Positions 56,458-64,000 of a stretch of 64,000 nt of DNA are shown one piece after another (within the stretch, counting starts at the first letter, position 1; every line of letters starts with the position of its first letter). This DNA comes from Bryobacteraceae bacterium. Its GTDB lineage: Bacteria; Acidobacteriota; Terriglobia; Bryobacterales; Bryobacteraceae. The position numbers and the translations under genes are program-made. Under the pieces are notes generated by a model. The model made no database searches. It was not told the origin of the DNA and saw nothing but the letters and a program-made list of their open reading frames with translations. The stretch is taken from contig DATDGT010000371.1 of the NCBI GenBank assembly GCA_036521975.1, positions 702-64,701 of the forward strand. Direction: 5' to 3'.

Positions 56458-57996
56458 TTACGATGGTGAGTGCGCGGCGTTGCGGCTCATCTCGCGCAGC
56501 TTGTATCGCAGCACCTTCCCGGCGGGCGTCTTGGGCAGCTCGGGCAAGAATTCGATGCGCCGCGGATATTTGTATGGCGTGATGCGCTGCTTCACGAAAT
56601 CCTGGAGTTCCCTGGCCAATTCGGTGCTTCCCGCATAACCTTCACACAGCACGACAAACGCCTTGGGAGTGTGCAGCCCGATCTCTTCCTCATACACAAT
56701 CACGGCCGCTTCCAGAACACAGGCGTGCTCAATCAGCGCGCACTCGACTTCAATCGGCGAGACCCATTGCCCAGAGACCCGGAACATATCGTCCGATCTT
56801 CTGGCGTACCAATAATAGCCGTCTTCGTCGACCCTGTACTTATCGCCGGTGAAAAACCATCGGCCGCGCATGCGGTCCGCGCTAAGCTTCCGCCGGTTCC
56901 AGTAGCATAGCGCGGTGCTGGGGCCCGCGACCAATAAATCGCCGATCGCGCCCGGCTGCGCGGGCTGTCCGGATTCGTCAACCAGCGCAAGCTCGTAGCC
57001 CGGCACGGCCTAGCCGGTGCTGCCCGGCCGCACCTGTCCCGCTCGCGCGGAAAGATAAATGTGCAGCACTTCGGTGGATCCGATGCCGTCCAGAATCTCG
57101 ACTCCGAAGCGCTGCTTCCACCGGCGGAAAATATCGGCGGGTAGAGGTTCGGCGGCCGAAACGGCCAGCCGGACTGGGTCCAAGTGGTAAGGCGTTCCTT
57201 GTTCCACTTCCTGAAGCATTGCCGCGTAAATCGTGGGCACGGAAAAGAAAAGCGTCGGCCGGTTCTCTTGTGCCGTCTCCAGAATGGCCTTCGCGTGCGG
57301 CTTGCCCGGATACAGAACTGTGGTTGCGCCCACTTGGAACGGGAACATCAATGAGTTCCCAAGCCCGTAGGCGTGAAAGAGCTTGGACGAGGAAAACATC
57401 ACATCGCTCGCCTGGATGTCCAGCACCCCGCGAGCGTAGTGTTCGCAACAGTGGACCCAATCCTGCTGCAAGTGAACCGCGGCCTTGGGCCGCCCGGTAC
57501 TGCCGGAGGTCCACAACCAGAAGGCCGCATCGTCCTTGCTCGTGGGCGCCGCCTCCAACTTCGGCGAACCGCTCTTCAGGAATTGATCCCAAGGGATGTA
57601 GCCAGCTTGATCCCAAGGGGGCGGCTCGCCGCATACGATGACGTTTTTGCAGGAACAGCGCTCCGAGAGAGCCGGTGCTAATTCGGCGAGAAGGCTCGAA
57701 TGGACGACGGCGATTCTGGCCCGGCTTTCCTGAAGAAAGTAGGCGTAGTCGGTGGACCGCAAGGCCGTGCTCGTCGGCACGGCTACAGCTCCAGCTTTCA
57801 TTGCGCCGAGATACGCGGCGGCGACCTCTGGACCGTCCGGCGGAACCAGCAATACTCGCTGTTCTTCCTGCAGTCCAAGTTGGAGCAATCCATTGCCCGC
57901 GCGATTGACCTGCTGAGCGAGCTCGGCGTAGCTCATCCGCCTATCAGTGATTATCGCTGTGGCGCCGCCGCGCCCCTCCCGGGTATGGCGATCCAC
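56458..57996 (-). pseudogene. AMP-forming aryl/acyl-CoA ligase (benzoate-CoA ligase-like) with an in-frame TAG at 57010-57012
   Basis: ORFs 57010-57996 and 56458-57006 are in the same frame: ...VRPGSTG*AVPGYELALVDESG. The stop is where this family has GS(S/T)GK/RxVPGY. Also present are WTSGSTGRPK and, at the C-terminus, GKVLRYKLRE. Confidence 0.7.
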
Positions 57997-58046
57997 GAAA
58001 TGGTCTAGAGATTGTATCTGTCGGGAATTTCAAGCCGGGCGGGCAC

Positions 58047-58075
58047 GCGCACAGCGAATGCGTTGTGCGCGTTAA
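58047..58075 (+). repeat. 29-bp hairpin element, copy C (intergenic, divergent promoter region)
   Basis: The sequence is GCGCACAGCGAATGCGTTGTGCGC+GTTAA, identical to copy A. Confidence 0.85.
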
Positions 58076-58169
58076 GCAAAGAGTCCATCCGGGTGGGCGG
58101 CCAGACAGCATTATACTGCCGGTTAGAGAGCACCCCGGGAGCGCGAGCGGAGGGTGATATCCTTGCGCC

Positions 58170-58610
58170 ATGAATTCCCAGCGTCTCCTCGAGTTCATGC
58201 GCCTGCACCGATTGGCGGTGCAGACCTCGGTCTCGTCCGCGGGCACGCCGCAAGCCGCAATCGTTGGCTTTGCGGTCACGGATCGATTCGAAATCGTGTT
58301 CGACACGCTTCAGAACACGCGCAAGGTCCAGAACTTGCGGGGCAACTCACGCGCGGCGCTGGTCATCGGAGGCTGGGATGCGAGCGACGAGCGTACGGTC
58401 CAATACGAAGGCGAAGCCGACGAACCCGCGGGCTCGGAACTGGAACGGCTCAAACAAGCCTACTTCGCCGTGTACCCCGATGGCGTCAGCCGCGCGCTCT
58501 GGCCCGGCTTGACCTACGTTCGCGTAAAACCCGAATGGATCCGCTACAGCGACTATAATCGAAATCCGCCGGAGATTGTGGAGTTCACTCGCGAGGATTT
58601 CGCCGAATGA
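58170..58610 (+). CDS. pyridoxamine 5'-phosphate oxidase-family (FMN-binding split barrel) protein
   Basis: 146-aa ORF with LAVQTSVSSAGTPQAAIVGFAV...FDTLQNTRKVQNL..NSRAALVIG. Confidence 0.6.
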   Translation: MNSQRLLEFMRLHRLAVQTSVSSAGTPQAAIVGFAVTDRFEIVFDTLQNTRKVQNLRGNSRAALVIGGWDASDERTVQYEGEADEPAGSELERLKQAYFAVYPDGVSRALWPGLTYVRVKPEWIRYSDYNRNPPEIVEFTREDFAE

Positions 58611-58972
58611 AGAAACTCGATTTCGCCGCGGTGCGCGCTATCGCGCGGGAATTCCCGGACGTGGAGGAGAGCACGATTCACGGAAAGCCATCTTTGAAAG
58701 TGCGAGGGAAGCTGTTTGCCTGCCCGCCGATTCATAAATCGGCCGAGCCGGATTCCCTCGCCGTCCGCATCGACGTGGAGCAGCGCGCCGCGCTATTAGC
58801 GGAAGCTCCCGAGACTTACTACGTCACCGATCACTACATCCCTTACCCGATGGTGCTGGTCCGGCTGAACCGCATCGGCCATGAGGCTCTGCGCGATCTG
58901 TTGGCGGCATCGTGGCGTTTTGTGACTTCAAGAAAGGGCAGGGCCGGGCGAACACGCCGGCGGTTCGCTTGA
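58607..58972 (+). CDS. MmcQ/YjbR-family protein
   Basis: 121-aa ORF with an ATGA overlap. It has FPDVEESTIHGKPSLKVRGKLFA. Confidence 0.6.
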   Translation: MKKLDFAAVRAIAREFPDVEESTIHGKPSLKVRGKLFACPPIHKSAEPDSLAVRIDVEQRAALLAEAPETYYVTDHYIPYPMVLVRLNRIGHEALRDLLAASWRFVTSRKGRAGRTRRRFA

Positions 58973-59138
58973 TACCTGAAACTATGACAGGAAAGCGATC
59001 AATTCGTTGAGGTTACGGAATTGGTGCTAATGCCGGACACCCCTGCGGACTTATAGACTGAGGACCAGATGTCGGCCGCAGCGGTGTTCAGGGTGACCGG
59101 CCGAGAAGCAGCGGCGGTTCATCGCCGACGATCGCGCG

Positions 59139-59435
59139 GTGGCCAACATCATTATCGGCGATCCCAAGACGCAGAGGCCGGCTGCGGAGAACGACAAGGG
59201 TCATTTTCATGAAGAATCGCAGGAATTTTGGATCATTCTGCTCGGAAAGATGGAGTATAAGATCGGATCGGTTCCGATCTTCATCGCGGACCAGGGCGAT
59301 ATCGTCTATACACCGGCGCAGACCTGGCATCGTGCGCGCTTTGCTGGAACGGAGCTGGCCTGCCGCCTGGCGATGAACGGCTATCAGGATTTACTGCACG
59401 ACTACCAGCCGCTCGAGGAGTTGCAGGGACGCTGA
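59139..59435 (+). CDS. cupin-domain protein (possibly N-terminally truncated)
   Basis: GHFHEESQEFWIILLGKMEY...GDIVYTPAQTWHRA is a cupin motif 1/2 pattern. The frame is open upstream only to a TGA at ~59093. Confidence 0.5.
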   Translation: MANIIIGDPKTQRPAAENDKGHFHEESQEFWIILLGKMEYKIGSVPIFIADQGDIVYTPAQTWHRARFAGTELACRLAMNGYQDLLHDYQPLEELQGR

Positions 59436-59463
59436 GTTGCAGGGACGCTGAGAGTACGATTCC

Positions 59464-59492
59464 TTAACGCGCACAATGCATTCGCTGTGCGC
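59464..59492 (-). repeat. 29-bp hairpin element, copy D (between the convergent cupin and ku genes)
   Basis: TTAAC+GCGCACAATGCATTCGCTGTGCGC is the reverse orientation with 1-2 substitutions. It starts 7 nt after the ku stop. Confidence 0.8.
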
Positions 59493-59498
59493 TTATTT

Positions 59499-60356
59499 CT
59501 AGCCGCCGCCCGCGCGCCGCCGGCGGACCGGTTTTGCGGCTTCTTCGGCTTCTTCGGCCTCGGGTTGCGCGGTGGCCGCCGACGCCGCCGGCTTTTTCGC
59601 CGCCGCCAGGCTCGCTCGCAGCGCGTCCATGATGTCGATCACTTTGGCTTCCTTCGGCTCCGGCGTCGCCACCACTTCCTGGCCCTTCTTCTTCGCCTCG
59701 ATCATGTGCAGAAGATTGTCAAGATAGTTGTCCTTGTACTTATCCGGCTCGAAGCCCGCGACCAGCGCTTCAATCAGGCTGGTGGCCAGCGTCAGTTCCT
59801 TCTCCTTCACCAGACTCAAATCCGTGCGGAATTCGTCCACTTTGCGGATTTCGTGGGCGTAATACATCGTGTGCAGCAATACTCCGTTCTTGCCGGGGCG
59901 CAGAATCACGATGTGCTCGCGATTATGCATGGCGATCTTGGCCACGCCGTAATAGCCCGTCTTGCGCAGCGCGTCGAACAGCAGCGCGTAAGGGCGCTCG
60001 CCGGCTTCGTCCGGCGCCATGTAATACGAAGTCTCCAGATAGATAGGATCCACCTCGTCCGCTTTGACGAATTCGAGAATCTCCATCACCTTGGCGGTGG
60101 CGGGCGCGACCTTCTTGACCTCCTCGTCCTCGATCACGACGTAGTGGTCCTTTTCGTATTCGTAGCCCTTGACGATTTCGCTGCGCGGAATCGGCTTATC
60201 CTCGGCCGCGCAATAAATCACCTGCTTGATCCGCGAGCCGTCGGACTTATGCAATTGATTGAAGCTGATCGTATCGCTGCGCGCGGCGCTGTACAAGCGC
60301 ACCGGAAACGAGACCAGCCCGAAAGTGAGATGCCCCCTCCAAACGGTAGCTGCCAT
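59499..60356 (-). CDS. ku: Ku protein (bacterial NHEJ)
   Basis: 285-aa ORF with WRGHLTFGLVSFPVRLYSA and a basic Lys/Ala-rich C-terminal tail. Confidence 0.88.
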   Translation of the reverse strand: MAATVWRGHLTFGLVSFPVRLYSAARSDTISFNQLHKSDGSRIKQVIYCAAEDKPIPRSEIVKGYEYEKDHYVVIEDEEVKKVAPATAKVMEILEFVKADEVDPIYLETSYYMAPDEAGERPYALLFDALRKTGYYGVAKIAMHNREHIVILRPGKNGVLLHTMYYAHEIRKVDEFRTDLSLVKEKELTLATSLIEALVAGFEPDKYKDNYLDNLLHMIEAKKKGQEVVATPEPKEAKVIDIMDALRASLAAAKKPAASAATAQPEAEEAEEAAKPVRRRRAGGG

Positions 60357-60851
60357 CCTTTCACCTCAGTCATACATGGTAACGCAAAACATCCTGCCTC
60401 AATTTTGTTTCCCGAGTCTACGATGCCTACAGGTCCCACAGCGGCCTTTTCACGTCCAAGAAAGCGTCCAGTCAACCGGTCATCGTGAACCCTCCTCGAG
60501 GACTGGATGACCAACAAGCGGCGCGCGGTACCACCCGGGATGTTGAGGTCAAAGAGGACGCGCATCAGGCTCGGCAGTGCATTGTCGAGCGTCAGCAGGA
60601 ATTCCGCGCGCGCCGCTCCCGCTCTTCCCACAAGGCGAGCGCCTCCCCCACGGCGTCCTGTTCCGAGTGGAGCCCTCCGCTTTCAATCGCTCAGCGGGCG
60701 AAAGCCCTTTGGTCCGGGGTAAGCTCTACGCCCGTCGCCTTCAGATTACGCGAGAGCACGTTTTGGTTCAACTGGCCGGCTGCCGTTGCGCGGTATTTCA
60801 GCCTCTGGCTACAACCTCCCTCGGCTATAATCCCCCTCCGGCTATAATCCA

Positions 60852-62264
60852 ATGATGCGATCCGGCGGGGTGAGCGAATTCGTATCCCCTTTCGGGATGA
60901 AGACCTGGCTCGCGGGATTAGCTGCCATCCTGTTGCAGGCGGCTCTGCGTTTCACCGACGACGCCGATCTGGCCGCGAAGCTGCGAGCCCGCGATCCGCG
61001 CGTAATAGCTAGGTTATATAAGCGATACGGAAGGGCGGCGTATTCCCTGATCTTGCGCATGGTTCGCGATCGAGCCGCGGCGGAAGATCTGGTCCAGGAG
61101 ACGTTCTTGTGCATTTGGAATCGCGCCCGTTCGTTCGACCGGCAGAGCGGTACCCTGGGGCCGTGGATTCTGGCGGTGGCCCGCAACCGGGCGATCGATC
61201 ATCTGCGGTCGGCCAGTGGCCGCAGGGCCGCGGGCGCGGTGGAGCTGAGCCAGCCGGAGCCAACCGGGCTCTTCACCCAAATCGAAGGCAGTGCTCTCTC
61301 TATCCACCGGTCGCGGCGGCTGAAAGCGGCCTTTGAAAGGCTCCCTCCTCATCAGCGAACGGCGATCGAGCTCGCGTATTTTGAGGGCCTATCGCACACC
61401 GAGATGGCCGAGCGAATCGAGCAACCGCTGGACACGGTGAAGACCTGGGTTCGCACGGCGCTAAAAACTTTGCGGCAAGAGCTCGACCAGTTTAACGCGC
61501 ACAACGCTTCGCTGTGCGCTTTCAACGGCGATGGCGTGAATTGCAAGGACATGGCCGATACGTTCGAGCTGTATGCGCTGGGTCTCGCCGAAAACGAAGA
61601 GAGAGGCGAAATCGAAGCTCATCTGGCGCGCGGGTGCGAGACGTGCCAGGCCAATTTACGGGAAGCTTTGGCGGTGAACGCGCTCATGCTGGCTTCGGTC
61701 ACGCAAGCTAAGCCGCGCGCGCGATTAAGGCGACGGATTCTTGCCGGCTTTGGAATCGAACCAATGGGTTGGGGATGGCTGGGAGCGCTTGCGACGGCGT
61801 GCCTGGCGGCTCTCGCCGCGTGGTTGAGCATTCAGGAGCGCCATCGGTCGGATGAGTTGGCCCGGGCGCGGCAGAATCTTCTCGCTGTGAGAGCGGAGCG
61901 GGATCGCCTGCAACAGATTTTCGGATTCCTGAATCAACCCGATACCCAGCAGGTGAATTTCGGCCAAGGGCAGACGCGTCTTCCGCGCGGAACGGTTTTT
62001 GTGAATCCCAAACTGGGCGTGCTGCTGATCGCGGGCAATCTTCCGCCGCTAGCCTCTGGCTGGACTTACGAGATGTGGCTAATTCCGAAGGGAGGCGCGC
62101 CCCGGCCGGCCGGATTGTTTGACGCGGCACCGGACGGCTCGGCTTTGCACATGCTTCCCGGGCCTCTGGATGCGGCGTCGCTGGGGGCCGTCGCGGTATC
62201 GGTCGAGCCGCGGAACGGCTCGCCGGCGCTGACGGCGACACCGACTATTGTCGCGATGCTCTGA
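60852..62264 (+). CDS. ECF sigma factor and zf-HC2/RskA-type anti-sigma factor in one uninterrupted reading frame
   Basis: Sigma region 2 is DLVQETFLCIWNRARSF, and region 4 is LPPHQRTAIELAYFEGLSHTEMA...ALKTLRQEL. The hairpin-element peptide follows, then (V)NCKDMADTFELYALG...HLARGCETC, a TM segment, and the RskA-like YEMWLIPKGG...VAVSVEPRNGS. Confidence 0.7.
   Translation: MMRSGGVSEFVSPFGMKTWLAGLAAILLQAALRFTDDADLAAKLRARDPRVIARLYKRYGRAAYSLILRMVRDRAAAEDLVQETFLCIWNRARSFDRQSGTLGPWILAVARNRAIDHLRSASGRRAAGAVELSQPEPTGLFTQIEGSALSIHRSRRLKAAFERLPPHQRTAIELAYFEGLSHTEMAERIEQPLDTVKTWVRTALKTLRQELDQFNAHNASLCAFNGDGVNCKDMADTFELYALGLAENEERGEIEAHLARGCETCQANLREALAVNALMLASVTQAKPRARLRRRILAGFGIEPMGWGWLGALATACLAALAAWLSIQERHRSDELARARQNLLAVRAERDRLQQIFGFLNQPDTQQVNFGQGQTRLPRGTVFVNPKLGVLLIAGNLPPLASGWTYEMWLIPKGGAPRPAGLFDAAPDGSALHMLPGPLDAASLGAVAVSVEPRNGSPALTATPTIVAML
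61492..61519 (-). repeat. 29-bp hairpin element, copy E (inside the ORF at the sigma/anti-sigma junction)
   Basis: TTAAC+GCGCACAACGC-TTCGCTGTGCGC is the reverse orientation with a 1-nt deletion. It is translated as FNAHNASLCA. Confidence 0.8.
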
Positions 62265-62294
62265 GCCCAGAAATGTGCATTAAACCGGTGTGGA

Positions 62295-62753
62295 TCAGGC
62301 CGGATTGTTGGCGCTAATCTGCACCGGAAACCCATCCGGATCCAGTATATGAAATCCGAAATCGCCCCCTTGCTGGCTGATCGGATTGACACCCCGCGTC
62401 TTGAGATCCGCAGTCACGGAATTCTGGTTGAAGTTGTCGACTCCGATAGCGAAGTGATCCACCTTGCCGGCCGGATTCCCTGGCCGCAGTACTAAAAAGT
62501 TCTTCCCAAAGACGAGCTGGTTGTTCCCGTCCCGTTTGTTGACCGGACAACCGAATGCGCGCTGATAGAAATCGGTGGATCGTTGCAGATCGCTGACATA
62601 CAGCGAAATGTGATTGATGCTGTTGCCTTGGAATCCCGCAGCCTGCGCGGCGCCAGCGCCAGCCGCCAAAACAGCCAGTCCTTGGACCAAATCTCGCCGT
62701 GAAATTTTTCCCTTCTCGTAGCCTTCCAACAGTCTTGAAATCGTGGTCTTCAT
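62295..62753 (-). CDS. VOC/glyoxalase-family protein, probably Tat-exported
   Basis: 152-aa ORF with SRRDLVQGLAVLAAGAGAAQA and INHISLYVSDLQRSTDFYQRAFG. Confidence 0.7.
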   Translation of the reverse strand: MKTTISRLLEGYEKGKISRRDLVQGLAVLAAGAGAAQAAGFQGNSINHISLYVSDLQRSTDFYQRAFGCPVNKRDGNNQLVFGKNFLVLRPGNPAGKVDHFAIGVDNFNQNSVTADLKTRGVNPISQQGGDFGFHILDPDGFPVQISANNPA

Positions 62754-62798
62754 CGAATTCTCCTTCTAACCGCAATCAATCCAACCGGGCGTTGCGAG

Positions 62799-63470
62799 TT
62801 GGCAAGCCGCCCAAAAACTCCCGTTCTCCATGAGTTTACTCTCTTGCCCCATGAGCCGGTTCCGAGCCGCGCGTGTCGTGTCAGCAAGCGGGGTCCGGTC
62901 CAAGCCCGGAACCCGATGCAGCCTTGGGCGAAGGCGCTATACGAAGCGCGCATCGCAACGGCATATAAGGAAGACCCCGAGGGGCGCTGCCTGCCTCCCG
63001 GCATTCCGCGCATGTACGCCACTCCTTTTCCATTCCAAATTTTTCAGCTTCCCGATCGTGTGCTGTTCATGTTCGAAGGGGGCGCGCATGTCTGGCGTGA
63101 GGTTTTCAGCGATGGCTGCGGCCATCCCCCCGATCCGAATCCCACTTTTCTCGGCGACGCCATCGGCAGATGGGAGGGAGACACGCTCGTTGTGGATACG
63201 ATTGGATTCAACGAAGAATCCTAATTCGATCAAGACGGTCATCCTCACACTGACGCGCTTCACACCACCGAACGCTTTACGCGGATCAACGAGCTGAGGC
63301 TGCGCTATGAGGTGACTATCGACGATCCGAAGGCATACACGAAGCCCTGGACCACCTCTTATCTCATCCCGTTCGTGCCCGGCGCGGAATTGATGGAGTA
63401 CATCTGCCAGGAAAACAATCGGGACGTTTACCACTTGATAGGGCCGGGCGCCGGAAAACCTCAACCCTGA
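62799..63470 (+). pseudogene. conserved hypothetical protein interrupted by an in-frame TAA at 63222-63224
   Basis: ...WEGDTLVVDTIGFNEES*FDQDGHPHTDALHTTERFTRINELRLRYEVTIDDPKAYTKPW... stays in the same frame across the stop. Confidence 0.55.
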
Positions 63471-63544
63471 GAAGCGCGATGCGCGAAACCGCTTGCTCAC
63501 GCGCACGGCTCAGTAAGTCCGCAACGGTCACTGGCGAACTTCTA

Positions 63545-64000
63545 CTAGAACTGAAAGCGGCCAACGATCGTGCCGGCGCGCTGGCCGGAGGTGCCTGCCT
63601 CCGGAACGATGGTGCCGTAGCCGCCGCTGTACAACCCCTTGCTGGGGCCCGAAGTGAATACCGTGGGAGCGGTCGCGAAGTTCCCCAGGGTAATCACGGG
63701 CAATTGCATCCGATTAAAGATATTGGTGAATTCCAGGCGGATATTCAGGCTCGCGCGTTCCTAATGCGGAAGTTGCGGCCGAAATTGGCATTCTCCACCG
63801 GTATGCGGACGCCCCGGAAGGAGCGAATGGAGCTTTGATCCGCCGCGAACTGTCCGTTGGGAACGTTCGTAAATGCGGCCGGGTTCAGCACCACGGTCTT
63901 GGTCGGGTCGAAGCAGTGGCAGTTGATATCGAGCGGCGTGGTGTGATGGACGCCATTGTAGTCGGTCCAATTCACGGACCAGGGGCTCATGCCCGGAACC
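63545..64000 (-). pseudogene. C-terminal part of a TonB-dependent-receptor-like outer-membrane protein (5' off-window) with a frameshift near 63760-63775
   Basis: The frame with ...VENANFGRNFRIRN stops at 63745. Another frame continues RASLNIRLEFTNIFNR...GTIVGRFQF* to the TAG at 63545-47. Confidence 0.55.

Noticed and set aside
43562-57012. Possibility that the two in-frame TAG codons indicate amber recoding (pyrrolysine or another reassignment)
   Set aside because: TAG clearly terminates neighbouring well-defined genes: the ABC ATPase at 43505-07, GH28 at 27936-38, the TlpA fusion at 14996-98 and ku. No pyl-type genes or suppressor tRNA are visible in the window. A TAA and several frameshifts also occur. 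Nonsense mutation or sequence error is the simpler reading.
1-64000. CRISPR arrays, rRNA genes, IS elements or integrases
   Set aside because: I saw no regularly spaced direct repeats with unique spacers, no rRNA-like conserved blocks, and no transposase, integrase or recombinase motifs in any frame.

Overview
This is a high-GC bacterial chromosomal segment. It is probably Acidobacteriota, inferred from a BlaR1 fused to a TIGR03435-type domain, a PadR plus 'permease-prefix' gene pair, a TonB-receptor tail ending in GRFQF, and many Tat- or Sec-exported glycosidases.

Layout:
- 1-13 kb: a cell-surface polysaccharide locus. It holds four SAM methyltransferases, a heparinase II/III-like protein, a GDP-mannose/UDP-glucose dehydrogenase-type enzyme, and two large secreted proteins (one beta-helix, one tail-fibre-like).
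- 13-20 kb: redox housekeeping genes (two TlpA-type thioredoxins, a GMC oxidoreductase with its small subunit, cytochrome c, Bcp, an SDR), plus tRNA-Glu and tRNA-Lys.
- 20-53 kb: a pectin/rhamnogalacturonan and L-rhamnose utilisation locus. It holds a CE15-like esterase, two GH28 enzymes, GH106-like hydrolases, a six-hairpin glycosidase, rhaI, rhaB, a bifunctional rhamnulose-1-P aldolase/dehydrogenase and a sugar ABC transporter. Small AT-richer accessory cassettes interrupt it.
- 53-64 kb: mixed genes (M50-like peptidase, PadR, an acyl/aryl-CoA ligase, Ku, an ECF sigma/anti-sigma pair, a VOC protein, a TonB-receptor tail).

The best candidate for something undescribed is a 4.5-kb cassette at 37.4-41.9 kb that splits the rhamnose genes. 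It carries two DUF2971 paralogues bracketing a secreted trypsin-like protease with an unassigned C-terminal domain, plus a lipoprotein. A second, smaller cassette at 30.5-32.4 kb has a PD-(D/E)xK-like ORF.

Other notable structure:
- A dispersed 29-bp hairpin element occurs in five copies, two of them in frame inside coding sequence. One sits exactly at a sigma/anti-sigma junction that has no stop codon.
- Heptanucleotide tandem arrays occur twice, one of them inside a CDS at a domain junction.
- Three toxin-antitoxin relics are present.
- The density of in-frame stops, frameshifts, stop-less gene fusions and gene relics is very high, at least 14 in 64 kb. This means either real gene decay or assembly error.

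I recognised no rRNA, CRISPR array, transposase or integrase. All family assignments rest on motifs read by eye and recalled family signatures; no searches were run.
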